Shown in pieces: positions 37,501 through 50,300 of a stretch of 64,000 bases of DNA; position 1 is the first letter of the stretch; each line of letters opens with the position of its first letter. Both the position numbers and the translations under genes were made by a program. Origin of the DNA: Anthoceros angustus. Its lineage: Eukaryota > Plantae > Anthocerotophyta. The stretch is taken from NCBI GenBank assembly GCA_010909165.1, contig VJWM01000218.1, forward strand, positions 124,001 to 188,000. Direction: 5' to 3'. The notes under the pieces were generated by a model. The model was not told where the DNA came from and did not search any database. It saw only the letters and a list, made by a program, of their open reading frames with translations.

Positions 37501-40500
37501 AAGAAGGTAAAACCTTGGGTCGCGCATTCAGGACGTTGTGAGGAATCATCCATTCTTGCAGAAGGGCGGAAAGGTACTCTGACTGCTCAACACTGACAGT
37601 AGAATGTGATACCATTAGGTGCACAGTTGGACCACAAGAATGGACACTTCGTCACTGTAGCTTGCTTCGTCACTCCAGCAACTAATGTAGATGGACACAT
37701 ATTCTGCCATCATGTGGCAAATATTCAAAGACCTGCCTGGTTGTCCCGACAAGCACAGGCCGACCTTGTCGATACATGAACTCCACCTCCTCTCTCACTT
37801 GTCGCCATTTCCCCCGCACAGTCTGCTCAGCACGCAAACTGCTTCAGATCTACTATAGCCACAGAATACGGCTCTCTGATGAGCATGTGAAGAGAGACCA
37901 GGAAGATGAAAAGAATATGGCACTACCTGAAACAGCTGAAGAGGATAATCTTGTCGAATATTTGGCAGGTTTGTTGGAATTGCTACCACCGGCATTTTGA
38001 ACATTTTCATAAACTCCGTCTCCTGCTAGTGTACAGCTTCAGAAACGTTCAAAATTGCTGACATACAACCTGAGCCACACACACAACTTAAGGCTTACCT
38101 CTGTCTTTGCTGTGCCTGTCATGCCTGATAGCTTCTTATACAGCTTGAAAAAAGATTGATATGTGATTTGGGCGATTGTAACAGTGTCAGCCTGCATGTA
38201 GTATTGCAGACTCAAAACTTAGGAGCAACTCAAGAGATGATCTGCAACCTCTGGATTGCAAAGAGGGTTGCTTTCCTGTCCAGCTGTTTGTACAAGAGCA
38301 AAAAACCTGCTGAGGATGCCCTGCACAACTGAAAACATTCGCTACAATAAATAAAAAAAGCATACCTGTATGCGTACACCCTCTTTTGCCTCCACTGCTT
38401 GATGAATACCATCAGACCAGCGCCTGTTTTCCACCACTCGTCCAGTAAACTGCACAATTAGAGTCTACATTAAGCTCCATCAGCTTCCAAGGAAGTTTGT
38501 AGGATAATCGCATTTTGCAAACACAAACCTCGTCCACTATCTGCACCATGCCATCCTTCACAATGTAGTGCACATCCCGCTGATAGATCTCCTTTGCCTT
38601 GACAGCTGTTATCACAAATCTGCAAGGTCATGTAGGAGGCACACATGAGATGAAACAGGGCTATGGTAAGTTCATTGCTAGAAGAGGAAAAGACAAGAAA
38701 TACAGCAGGTACAGCTAAGGCTCTTATGCTCCTAAGCCCACGTCTCCAGTTGTGATGTTGCAACCCTACAACCTAGACATACCGAGCCCAATGATCTTTC
38801 TCATCCCATAGATCATCACTTCCAAGGGCCAGCTCTGCTGCAGCAACTCCTTCCTCCGTTAGCTCGATATCTTTCTCCTTGATAATCACTTTATAGTGCT
38901 ACAAAAGATTAGAAAGGAGGACTTCAGAAAGTAACAAAAAAGGGATACCTGCAGACTAAAACCCCAAGCCGCTACAATCTGCAACCTCTCACATACAGTT
39001 ATCAGGTCAGAGGCATACAATATCTGGTACAAGGAAGTCGGCTACTTCAGCTGCAACTGGATATCTGGCAGCATCTTTAGTTGACTGCAGGTCCAACAGT
39101 AGATATCAACTTGACATTCATGCCCTTGAAAAGCAGGAATGGGGACTTGTAGGAATCAATTTTCCAAATCTTGCCTGAGAGCTGACAAGAAGTGGATTCC
39201 TTCCTTCATCAATAAGGACTGAGTCGACTTCATCCACAACAGCAAAATGGAAGGGTTTGGGCCTGCATTCAGCAAGAACAACCCCCATTACATACTGTAC
39301 TAGAGGTTGTACTGTTTAGGATAACTATACAACACAGAGAAATACCATCGCAACACCATCTCCTCCTTTTTTCCACATATATTATCTCGCAGATAGTCAA
39401 ATCCTAGCTCCTGCCATAAACGCCTCATGAACATCAGCACATGGATATTGACCTCAAGCAGAGTCCCGCCTTTACAGCAATCCACACAGAGAATGGTCAA
39501 AGTGCGCACCGTGTTGTTGCAATATGTGATGTCACAAGCATATGCAGACCTTTTTCCCCCAGGATCACCAGAAGTCTGCAAGCTACAACAGATTTGGAGA
39601 GTGTGAGCACACAGTAGACATTACCGCTGACCAGCAGTGCATAAGGTTGAAGCATACAAACTAAGGACCTGAATGAGTCCAACACTGAGGCCCAGGAAAC
39701 GATGGATCTGTCCCATCCACTCAGCATCCCGTTGTACTAGGTAGTCATTGACAGTGACAACTGCAACGGGGCTAAGCACAAACTCTTCAGTCACGTATAC
39801 TATCATTCACCAAATAGCAAGCGGTGAATAACACCAAATTGGGCATACCATGAACGCCTTCACCAGTCAATGCATTGAGGTAAGCTGGCACAGAAACGTT
39901 TTTTCATCCAATGAGTGACTAGTGCAAGAACAAATCCCAACAGTATGTAGCTCTCCCATTTCCAACCCATCACAAGCATTCGTCTCCGCACAGATGCCAC
40001 ATAACCAGTGCGGCACGATGAGAAATGGAAATTGGACGCTTGATGAGAGGTACAAACCTGCTAAAGGAGAAACCAATGTTTTGCCTTCACCTGTCTTCAT
40101 TTCTGCAATGGCTCCATCGTGTAGCACAGCACCACCTATCAACTACACTTGGACCATTTCCTCTCAGATACAAGAGCCAGACGTATCAACCGTTACGATT
40201 ACTCAGCAAGCTGACACCTACCTGCACATCAAAGTGCCGCATACCAAGTGTTCGCCTTGCAGCTTCTCGTACAACAGCAAATGCTTCTGCACAAGTGAGA
40301 AAAGCAACATTGAGAGGACATTTATGAGTGCTAACAAAGAGATGACAAACTATACCTGGTTGTATGTCCTCCAAGGTCTCTCCACACTTCAACCGCAGTC
40401 GAAATTCTTCTGTCTTCAATTGCAGCTGCTTACACACACGGGCAGCAAGCTTTAGTGGTTGCTGTCCACTGAATGCACCAAATTCCACCACCACCACATG

Positions 40501-41200
40501 GAGTACTTCACATAGGAGTGAGTAGAACTTGAGAGAGTTCAATTACCTGCTTGTCCGAAAGACTCCGAACCTGTGGTTCCCAGCTGTTGACCTCTTGCAC
40601 AAGTTTCCTATACTCCTTGACGACCAACTTATCGAGGAAATGCCCATTCTTATCATTCAAAGTCTTTCTCACATTCAGAATTTTCACCTGCACACTCAAT
40701 GATGGACGAATTCAACAGCTGAATCTTAAAAACCAACAAACCCAAAAAAGAAAGGAAGGAAGAGCACCAGTTTCACAATGGCATTCATCCAGACGTTTTG
40801 CCAATCTGCTACAAGTTTCCACCTTTTGCTGCATCCATTCCCAGAACCTCTGCACGCGAGACTGCTCTGCTTTGCTCTCCACATCCACCACTACTTGACA
40901 TACGCATGTTTCCACACCCTGCCTCGGTCTGGAACTTCTCGCCAGCCGAATGGAACGAAACAAGACTTCCTGGGGCGTGAGTGAACCTCTCAGAGCACAA
41001 CCCCAAACCCTCCTTTGCAAGTCTGGGACCCGCAGCACCCGAACCGACGCTCTCCTTAAGCCAGGCAATGCAGAACATCTTGGCCCAACAAGTTGGGTTT
41101 GTAAAGGAGACGACTGCCCATCGCTGAATTGCACTCCCCTCCGTTGAGCAGCATTAGCTGCATCGGTGAAGCAGGGGCATACACCAAGAGCTGCAACCAT
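34597..41200 (-). CDS. SECA2: Plastid preprotein translocase SecA2, multi-exon, with an N-terminal transit-peptide-like exon
   Basis: [91 protein letters not shown], and the SecA2-type C-terminus [38 protein letters not shown]. Confidence 0.93.
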
Positions 41201-41345
41201 AATTCCAATGCCCGACAGACAAAACTCCAGAATTTCAACTAGACCGGAGCGCTAGCGCCTTAGAAATTCAGCCTGGATTCGCTGAAGTTCCAATTTTCAG
41301 TTGCTTTCCATCCGACAAGCAATCGATCGAGCTTTGCAACTGGCA

Positions 41346-41363
41346 AAACCCTAACTAAACCCT
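41346..41363 (+). promoter_or_regulatory. Two telo-box-like motifs (AAACCCTA, AAACCCT) in the divergent SECA2 / mS38-like intergenic region
   Basis: AAAACCCTAACTAAACCCT; telo-boxes are established plant promoter/5'UTR elements of translation-related genes. Function here is not shown. Confidence 0.45.
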
Positions 41364-41780
41364 GGTGCAATTTCAATGTGCGCCTTTAGCGTCTCAGTTA
41401 ATGGAAGCTTTGATGTCGCCAGTTGTGGCCTATGACGGAGGTACATTTTCAGGTAGAACTGCTCCAGCAAACTGCAAAATCTCTGCCCTTATTTCATCGA
41501 TTTTGATGGATGTTCCTCGCGAAGCAGCTGGGGGTGGCTTGAGCGTGAGCAACAGTTCACTTCACTATCTGAACTCTGCAATTTGCTTCAAACATGATCT
41601 GTGGTGAAAGCCTGCGCATTGTGCGGCTGTTTGGGGCTTTCGGCTCTGTGATCTGATTGCAGGTGGTTTCTGGAGGCTCGTGATGTGATGCTCCAGGCTG
41701 TGATTGGCAGCCTGACCTACTGAGTCTCTGGCGTTGCGAGGCTGGTTGGAAGGGTTTGGTTCTTCGGTGTGCTTCCAGCA

Positions 41781-42494
41781 ATGAGGATCGGGATTCATAA
41801 AAGGCCATGGCTTCTCTATCGTGCCTCCACGTTCCTGCAACAGCAGGTGCCCTCGTCGGCTGCAGGACTGTGTTGTGAAGCCGGCGTGAGTGGGAAGGAG
41901 CAATTCAAATCCGGGTTGCCAGCATCTGATGAAGCTGGCCCCTTCTGGCACCGGATGGTGAGGAGCAGGGTAGAGCTTTCGGCTGCAGGTTCTGTAGGAG
42001 TCTTCTCCTCACATCCAGGGAAGCATGGGGAGTTTCTTTGGCCTCCCTTGATCTCGGGATCCGAGATTTTTTGCAGCAGCCCTGGCCCGCACTTCGTGCA
42101 GAGCATGCCGGCATGGACTGCAGGTACGTCTGGAAGTTCATTTGTTTCCGAGAAGCGATGTGGCCAAGATGCGGACGAAGTGCCGGCTCTGTTCCAGGGA
42201 GGACTTGCGGGTCGTCTTGTAGCAGGACAAGAGCTTTCCTTGGGGGCTACGCACTTGCTGGATCCCGCGAGTCGGCATGGACTGGCCTTTCCACTTACCA
42301 TTGCGGCAAGAGCTGCTACTCAGTTGAATGAGTTCGTGCTCCCCTCTGTTTCGGGGGATTGCAGTATGCAGTTGCCAGATTTTGAGGGAACTCTTATGCC
42401 TATGGAAGCCAGCAGTGTGAAGCGGAAGAGGAAAAAGAAGATGAACAAACACAAGCAGCGTAAATTGCGTCGTCGTGATCGGCATCGCAAGTGA
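41781..42494 (+). CDS. Single-exon protein with a C-terminal mS38/COX24-like (DUF1713) domain; probable mitochondrial small ribosomal subunit protein
   Basis: Uninterrupted ORF ending MEASSVKRKRKKKMNKHKQRKLRRRDRHRK*; first ATG at 41781 (the ORF-track start at 41769 is GTG). Confidence 0.85.
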   Translation: MRIGIHKRPWLLYRASTFLQQQVPSSAAGLCCEAGVSGKEQFKSGLPASDEAGPFWHRMVRSRVELSAAGSVGVFSSHPGKHGEFLWPPLISGSEIFCSSPGPHFVQSMPAWTAGTSGSSFVSEKRCGQDADEVPALFQGGLAGRLVAGQELSLGATHLLDPASRHGLAFPLTIAARAATQLNEFVLPSVSGDCSMQLPDFEGTLMPMEASSVKRKRKKKMNKHKQRKLRRRDRHRK

Positions 42495-42557
42495 CATTGA
42501 TCAGTTCAGGCGATGTTGTTGGTTAGAAAGGCAAGACTCGGTACACCTATTTCTGTG

Positions 42558-45500
42558 TCTTGAAATTTTTCATACAATCACAACAACTGGGGTCACCAAT
42601 TTCTACTTTGAGTGCAGTGATGTTCACCCCCTGCTGAGGAGTGCTCGGTCTGAAGAGGCTCAGGACTACAGCGTTCTATCCAAGCTAATGTTCAAACTAC
42701 ACATGCTACACGTCATACTGATCAGGTTTGCAACTGGCCGGAAAACAATATTAAGATTCCATAGCAGGCCAGAGTCTCACCTGTGTCGATAAACCTCAGG
42801 TAGCTGCTGGGTATCATGCTGAATCCTGACCTAGTTGTTCACAGAATGACCAATGCTTATATGAGAAACCGCTGTCTTGCCTGGTCCAGTATCGTCAGGA
42901 TGGGCGCAGGATTTTGTCCAAGGCGCCGTTAATCGAATCCACCTTTTCCTTCTACACCTGTTCGAGCCTAGCTGCATACTTTGTCTAAATCAAACCAGTA
43001 TAGTTTTGCCTCATAGTTCGTACATCATGCTTCCCCCTTCTTGCTGTCATGCGTTTGTCGATACCCTGTGCGTAGGACGTGTTCCTCCCCCCCCGGGTTC
43101 GTAAGATCGTTGGCACTCGGTTCGTCAAATTGACCCAACGACCAGACCGCTCGTGGACGCCAATTCACGTGAACTGGATTTAAAGGATGCCGTGGTTGCT
43201 CGACTATCGGCGATTCTTCGAAGAAAGAAATGGAATTTTTTGAGTGTCCACTTCAATACATGTCTTGTGAAATGCGCAACTTGATACAAAGTTTATTACA
43301 ATCGATTGTATTATACATGTGAAGTCAACTTTCACGGTCCACCCTAGGCAAGGTCTAAAACCCCAACATTTTGTACGCTTATGTTGCGTTATAAATCGCC
43401 TAAGTTTGTGCTGGCTGGTACCATGTGGAAGATGGGAAACGAGTTTGTCATCTTCAAGTTCAAAGGACGTCTACAAAGAGGACAGTTGGCTCCTCCATGT
43501 TCCACCCATTCATCAATACATGTCTTGTGAAATGTGTGGGAGCACCTTGATAATTGTGCTGCTTCCTCATCAGCCTTGAAATCGTTAAGGCATATGCTGC
43601 AATCGCTCTCCTGTTCTTGACAGGTGATGATTCGAAACTCATCGGCCGGGATACCCCCAACAGCTGTTTGGCTGGCGCCTGATGACATAGCAATCAACAC
43701 TCTAGTTTCTTGTCGAGTGACATTGAGAAAGTCGGAAGTGGAAGAGGGGTCACTGGTTGCAGCAGATGGAGATCCAAAGAGCGACGCGACAACGTTGAGA
43801 ACGCCACATTGATGCCACGAACTAATGACTTTGCCAAAGCCACCGTGCTCAAACGCAAATCAACAATGAGTACGCGCATTGATCCTAGATTGTGGAGGTC
43901 TGCCTGTAGATGTGAAACCACCGACACCTAGTGAGCTTCCTTTCCTCTTGTGATACCTTTGTATGGGCAACGTACATTTTATAGAGCCATTGTAGGAGAT
44001 GCCAAATCCAAAGGCCAAGGAATGTTGCAATCAAACACCGAGTGGTTCGCACCAAAGTAAGACAAATGGTATCGAGAGCCAAGGAACGATTCCAATATTT
44101 CCAAATGAGGGGATCGACACCGCGGCAACACATTGAGGATGGCACCGGATTGGCGGTCCGCACCTGCCCGCCGATGATGAGTATGCGATGCACGTGGTGG
44201 CCAAGTGAATTGCGGAATTGCGTGAGGTTGTTGACTTGCCCGATACACGAGGTGTGGGCGATAGCGGACGGCCAACCCGGTAATGTTTGGTTAAGTCGAA
44301 TTTGGTGCTCCGCCCAAGATGAGGCATCGTTCACAAGCCACGCCGGTAGGCACGGCCGTGCACTCATGACTCCGGTGCCGATGGTGCGTCGGGACTCGAC
44401 CAACGCGCCAACTTACCGCACGAATACGCGTGCGGTTGGCCGACGCCTCGGGCGCCGGACTCCGGTCGGACGGAACGACGGACGCTACGAGTGCGCGCGC
44501 AAGGTTGCATCATTTGGCACGGTCGACCGACCCAACGACCAGACCGCTCGTGGACGCCAATTCACGTGAACCGGATTTAAAGGATGCCGTGGTTGCTCGA
44601 CTATCGGCGATTCTTCAAGAAAGAAATGGAATTTTTGAGTGTCCACTTCAATACATGTCTTGTGAAATGCGCAACTTGATACAAAGTTTATTACAATCGA
44701 TTGTATTATACATGTGAAGTCAACTTTCACGGTCCACCCTAGGCAAGGTCTAAAACCCCAACATTTTGTACGCTTATGTTGCGTTATAAATCGCCTAGGT
44801 CTCAGGCTGGCCGGTACCATGTGGAAGATGGGAAACGAGTTTGTCATCTTCAAGTTCAAAGGACGTCTACAAAGAGGACAGTTGGCTCCTCCATGTTCCA
44901 CCCATTCATCAATACATGTCTTGTGAAATGTGTGGAGCACCTTGATAATTGTGCCGCTTCCTCATCTTGAAATCGTTCATACAATCACAACAACTGGGGT
45001 CACCAATTTCTACTTTGAGTGCAGTGATGTTCACCCCTGCTGAGGAGTGCTCGGTCTGAAGAGGCTCAGGACTACAGCGTTCTATCCAAGCTAATGTTCA
45101 AACTACACATGCTACGTCATACTGATCAGGTTTGCAACTGGCCGGAAAACAATATTAAGATTCCATAGCAGGCCAGAGTCTCACCTGTGTCGATAAACCT
45201 CAGGTAGCTGCTGGGTATCATGCTGAATCCTGACCTAGTTGTTCACAGAATGACCAATGCTTATATGAGAAACCGCTGTCTTGCCTGGTCCAGTATCGTC
45301 AGGATGGGCGCAGGATTTTGTCCAAGGCGCCGTTAATCGAATCCACCTTTTCCTTCTACACCTGTTCGAGCCTAGCTGCATACTTTGTCTAAATCAAACC
45401 AGTATAGTTTTGCCTCATAGTTCGTACATCATGCTTCCCTTCTTGCTGTCATGCGTTTGTCGATACCCTGTGCGTAGGACGTGTTCCTCCCCGGGTTCGT

Positions 45501-47345
45501 AAGATCGTTGGCACTCGGTTCGTCAAATTGACCCAACGACCAGACCGCTCGGACGCCAATTCACGTGAACTGGATTTAAAGGATGCCGTGGTTGCTCGAC
45601 TATCGGCGATTCTTCAAGAAAGAAATGGAATTTTTGAGTGTCCACTTCAATACATGTCTTGTGAAATGCGCAACTTGATACAAAGTTTATTACAATCGAT
45701 TGTATTATACATGTGAAGTCAACTTTCACGGTCCACCTAGGCAAGGTCTAAAACCCCAACATTTTTATGCGCTTATGTTGCGTTATAAATCGCCTAAGTT
45801 TGTCTTTGGTGGTACCATGTGGAAGATGGGAAACGAGTTTGTCATCTTCAAGTTCAAAGGACGTCTACAAAGAGGACAGTTGGCTCCTCCATGTTCCACC
45901 CATTCATCAATACATGTCTTGTGAAATGTGTGGAGCACCTTGATAATTGTCGCTTCCTCATCATTGAAATCGTTAAGGCATATCGCAATCGCTCTCTGTT
46001 CTTGACAGTGATGATTGAAACTCATCGGGATACCCCAACGTTTATTTGGTGGCGATGACATAGCAATCAACACTCTAGTTTCTTGTCGAGTGACATTGAG
46101 AAAGTCGGAAGTGGAAGAGGGGTCACCGTTGCGCAGATGGAGATCCAAAGAGCGCACGTGACAACGCGTTGAGAACGTCACATTGATGCCACGAACTAAT
46201 GACTTTGCCACCGTGCTCAAACGCAAATCAACAATGAGTACGCGCATTGATCCTAGATTGTGGAGGTCTTTGCGGTTGTAGATGTGAAACCACCGACACC
46301 TAGTGAGCTTCCTTTCCTCTTGATACCTTTGTATGGGCAGTGTACATTTTATAGAGCCATTGTAGGAGATGCCAAATCCAAAGGCCAAGGAATGTTGCAA
46401 TCAAACACCGAGTGGTTCGCACCAAAGTAAGACAAATGGTATCGAGAGCCAACGATTCCAATATTTCCAAATGAGGGATCGACACCGCAACACATTGAGG
46501 ATGGCATAATTGGCGGTCCGCACCCGTTCCGCGATGATGAGTATGCGATGCGCCACGTGGTGGCCAAGTGAATTGCGAATTGCGTGAGGTTGTTGACTTG
46601 CCCGATACACGAGGTCTTTGGGCGATAGCGGACGGCCAAGGGTAATGTTTGGTTAAGTCGAATTTGGTGCTCCCGCCCGGAAGATGAGGCATCGTTCACA
46701 AGCCACGCGTCGGTAGGCACGGCTGCCGTGCACTCATGACTCCGGTGCCGATGGTGCGTCGGGACTCCGACCCTGGCGTCAACTTACCGGCGCACTCGGG
46801 AATACGCGTGCCGGTTGGCCGGCGCTCTCGGGCGCCGGACTCCGGGGTGGGGCGGACGCGGGGCGCTTGGCATCTTGGCGGCGCCGCAGGTTGCATCATT
46901 TGGCACTCGGTTCGTCAGACGACGGTCGCCATGGACGCCAATTCACGTGAACGGATTTAAAGGATGCCGTGGTTGCTCGACTATCGGCGATTCTTCAAGA
47001 AAGAAATGGAATTTTTGAGTGTCCACTTCAATACATGTCTTGTGAAATGCGCAACTTGATACAAAGTTTATTACAATCGATTGTATTATACATGTGAAGT
47101 CAACTTTCACGGTCCACCCTAGGCAAGGTCTAAAACCCCAACATTTTGTACGCTTATGTTGCGTTATAAATCGCCTAGATGCTGGTACCATGTGGAAGAT
47201 GGGAAACGAGTTTGTCATCTTCAAGTTCAAAGGACGTCTACAAAGAGGACAGTTGGCTCCTCCATGTTCCACCCATTCATCAATACATGTCTTGTGAAAT
47301 GTGTGGAGCACCTTGATAATTGTCGCTTCCTCATCGCCTTGAAAT
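42558..47345. repeat. Tandem duplication, 2 x ~2.41 kb, spanning the unique flank and the start of the RING array
   Basis: Unique sequence 42560-43100 reappears at 44965-45500; junction microhomology TCTTGAAAT. Confidence 0.88.
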
Positions 47346-50300
47346 CGTTAAGGCATATCTTGCAATCGCTCTTCATTCTTAGTGATGATTCGAACTCATC
47401 GGGGATACCCCTAGCAATTGTTTGGTGGCGCGATGACATAGCAATCAACACTCTAGTTTCTTGTCGAGTGACATTGAGAAAGTCGGAAGTGGAAGAGGGG
47501 TCACCGTTGCGCAGATGGAGATCCAAAGAGCGCGTGACAACGTTGAGAACGTCACATTGATGCCACGAACTAATGACTTTGCCAAAGCCACCGTACTCAA
47601 ACGCAAATCAACAATGAGTACGCGCATTGATCCTAGATTGTGGAGGTCTTGCATGTAGATGTGAAACCACCGACACCTAGTGAGCTTCCTTTCCTCGTGA
47701 TACCTTTGTATGGGCAGTGTGCTACATTTTATAGAGCCATTGTAGGAGATGCCAAATCCAAAGGCCAAGGAATGTTGCAATCAAACACCGAGTGGTTCGC
47801 ACCAAAGTAAGACAAATGGTATCGAGAGCCAAGGAACGATTCCAATATTTCCAAATGAGGGATCGAGCGCAACACACATTGAGGATGGCACCGGATTGGC
47901 GGTCCGCACCCGCGATGATGAGTGCACCGCCACGCGTGGTGGCCAAGTGAATTGAGTGCGTGAGGTTGTTGACTTGCGAGGTCTTTGGGCGATAGCGGAC
48001 GGCCAACCCGGTAATGTTTGGTTAAGTCGAATTTGGTGCTCCCGCCCGAAGATGAGGCATCGTTCACAAGCCACGTCGGTAGGCACGGCTGCCGGTGCAC
48101 TCATGACTCCGGTGCCGATGGTGCGTCGGGACTCCGGACCCTCGCGAATCGTCAACTTACCGGGCGCACTCGGGAATACACGCGTGCCGGTTGGCGCTCT
48201 CGGGGCCGGACTCCGGTCGGACGCTGGACGCGAGTGCGGTGGCGCGCAGGTTGCATCATTGGCACTCGGTTCGTGGCTGACCCAACGGATCGCTCGCGGA
48301 CGCCAATTCACGTGAACCGGATTTAAAGGATGCCGTGGTTGCTCGACTATCGGCGATTCTTCAAGAAAGAAATGGAATTTTTGAGTGTCCACTTCAATAC
48401 ATGTCTTGTGAAATGCAACTTGATACAAAGTTTATTACAATCGATTGTATTATACATGTGAAGTCAACTTTCACGGTCCACCCTAGGCAAGGTCTAAAAC
48501 CCCAACATTTTGTACGCTTATGTTGCGTTATAAATCGCCTAGGTCGTTGTACCATGTGGAAGATGGGAAACGAGTTTGTCATCTTCAAGTTCAAAGGACG
48601 TCTACAAAGAGGACAATTGGCTCCTCCATGTTCCACCCATTCATCAATACATGTCTTGTGAAATGTGTGGGAGCACCTTGATAATTGTGTCTTCCTCATC
48701 GCCTTGAAATCGTTAAGGCATATCTGCAATCGCTCTTGTTCTTGACAGTGATGATTCAAACTCATCGGCGATACCCCAATTTGCTTTGGTGGCGATGACA
48801 TAGCAATCAACACTCTAGTTTCTTGTCGAGTGACATTGAGAAAGTCGGAAGTGGAAGAGGGGTCCGTTGCGCAGATGGAGATCCAAAGAGCGACGTGACA
48901 ACGTTGAGAACGTCACATTGATGCCACTAATGACTTTGCCAAAGCCACCGTACTCAAACGCAAATCAACAATGAGTACGCGCATTGATCCTAGATTGTGG
49001 AGGTCTGCGGTGTAGATGTGAAACCACCGACACCTAGTGAGCTTCCTTTCCTCTTGTGATACCTTTGTATGGGCATGCTACATTTTATAGAGCCATTGTA
49101 GGAGATGCCAAATCCAAAGGCCAAGGAATGTTGCAATCAAACACCGAGTGGTTCGCACCAAAGTAAGACAAATGGTATCGAGAGCCAAGGAACGATTCCA
49201 ATATTTCCAAATGAGGGATCGACACCGGCAACACATTGAGGATGGCACCGGATTGGCGGTCCGCACCCGGTTCGCTCGATGATGAGTATGCGATGCGCCA
49301 CGTGGTGGCCAAGTGAATTGAATTGCGTGAGGTTGTTGACTTGCCCGATACGAGTGCCGGGCGATAGCGGACGGTCAACCCGGTAATGTTTGGTTAAGTC
49401 GAATTTGGTGCTCCGCCCAAGATGAGGCATCGTTCACAAGCCACGTCGGTAGGCACGGCTGCCGTGCACTCATGACTCCGGTGCCGATGGTGCGTCGGGA
49501 CTCCACCTCGCGGCGTCAACTTACCGGCGCACTCGGGAATACGCGTGCGGTTGGCCGACGCCTCGGCGGACTCCGGGGTCGGACGGACGGCCGACGCTTG
49601 GCGCGGCGCGCAAGGTTGCATCATTTGGCACTCGGTTCGAATCGACCCAACGACCGATCGCCGCGACGCCAATTCACGTGAACCGGTTAAAGGATGCCGT
49701 GGTTGCTCGACTATCGGCGATTCTTCAAGAAAGAAATGGAATTTTTGAGTGTCCACTTCAATACATGTCTTGTGAAATGCGCAACTTGATACAAAGTTTA
49801 TTACAATCGATTGTATTATACATGTGAAGTCAACTTTCACGGTCCACCCTAGGCAAGGTCTAAAACCCCAACATTTTGTACGCTTATGTTGCGTTATAAA
49901 TCGCCTAGGTCTGTGCTGGCTGGTACCATGTGGAAGATGGGAACGAGTTTGTCATCTTCAAGTTCAAAGGACGTCTACAAAGAGGACAGTTGGCTCCTCC
50001 ATGTTCCACCCATTCATCAATACATGTCTTGTGAAATGTGTGGGAGCACCTTGATAATTGTCGCTTCCTCATCTTGACCTTGAAATCGTTAAGGCATATC
50101 GCAATCGCTCTTTTCTTGACAGTGATGATTCAAACTCATCGGGGATACCCCCACTTATTTGGTGGCGATGACATAGCAATCAACACTCTAGTTTCTTGTC
50201 GGTGACATTGAGAAAGTCGGAAGTGGAAGAGGGGTCACCGTTGCGCAGATGGAGATCCAAAGAGCGCCGTGACAACGTTGAGAACGTCACATTGATGCCA

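Noticed and set aside
40065-40067. Unusual Pro after the SecA2 Walker A motif (GKTLVSPLA vs typical GKTLVSTLA)
   Set aside because: A single base in an error-prone assembly; cannot be distinguished from a sequencing error.
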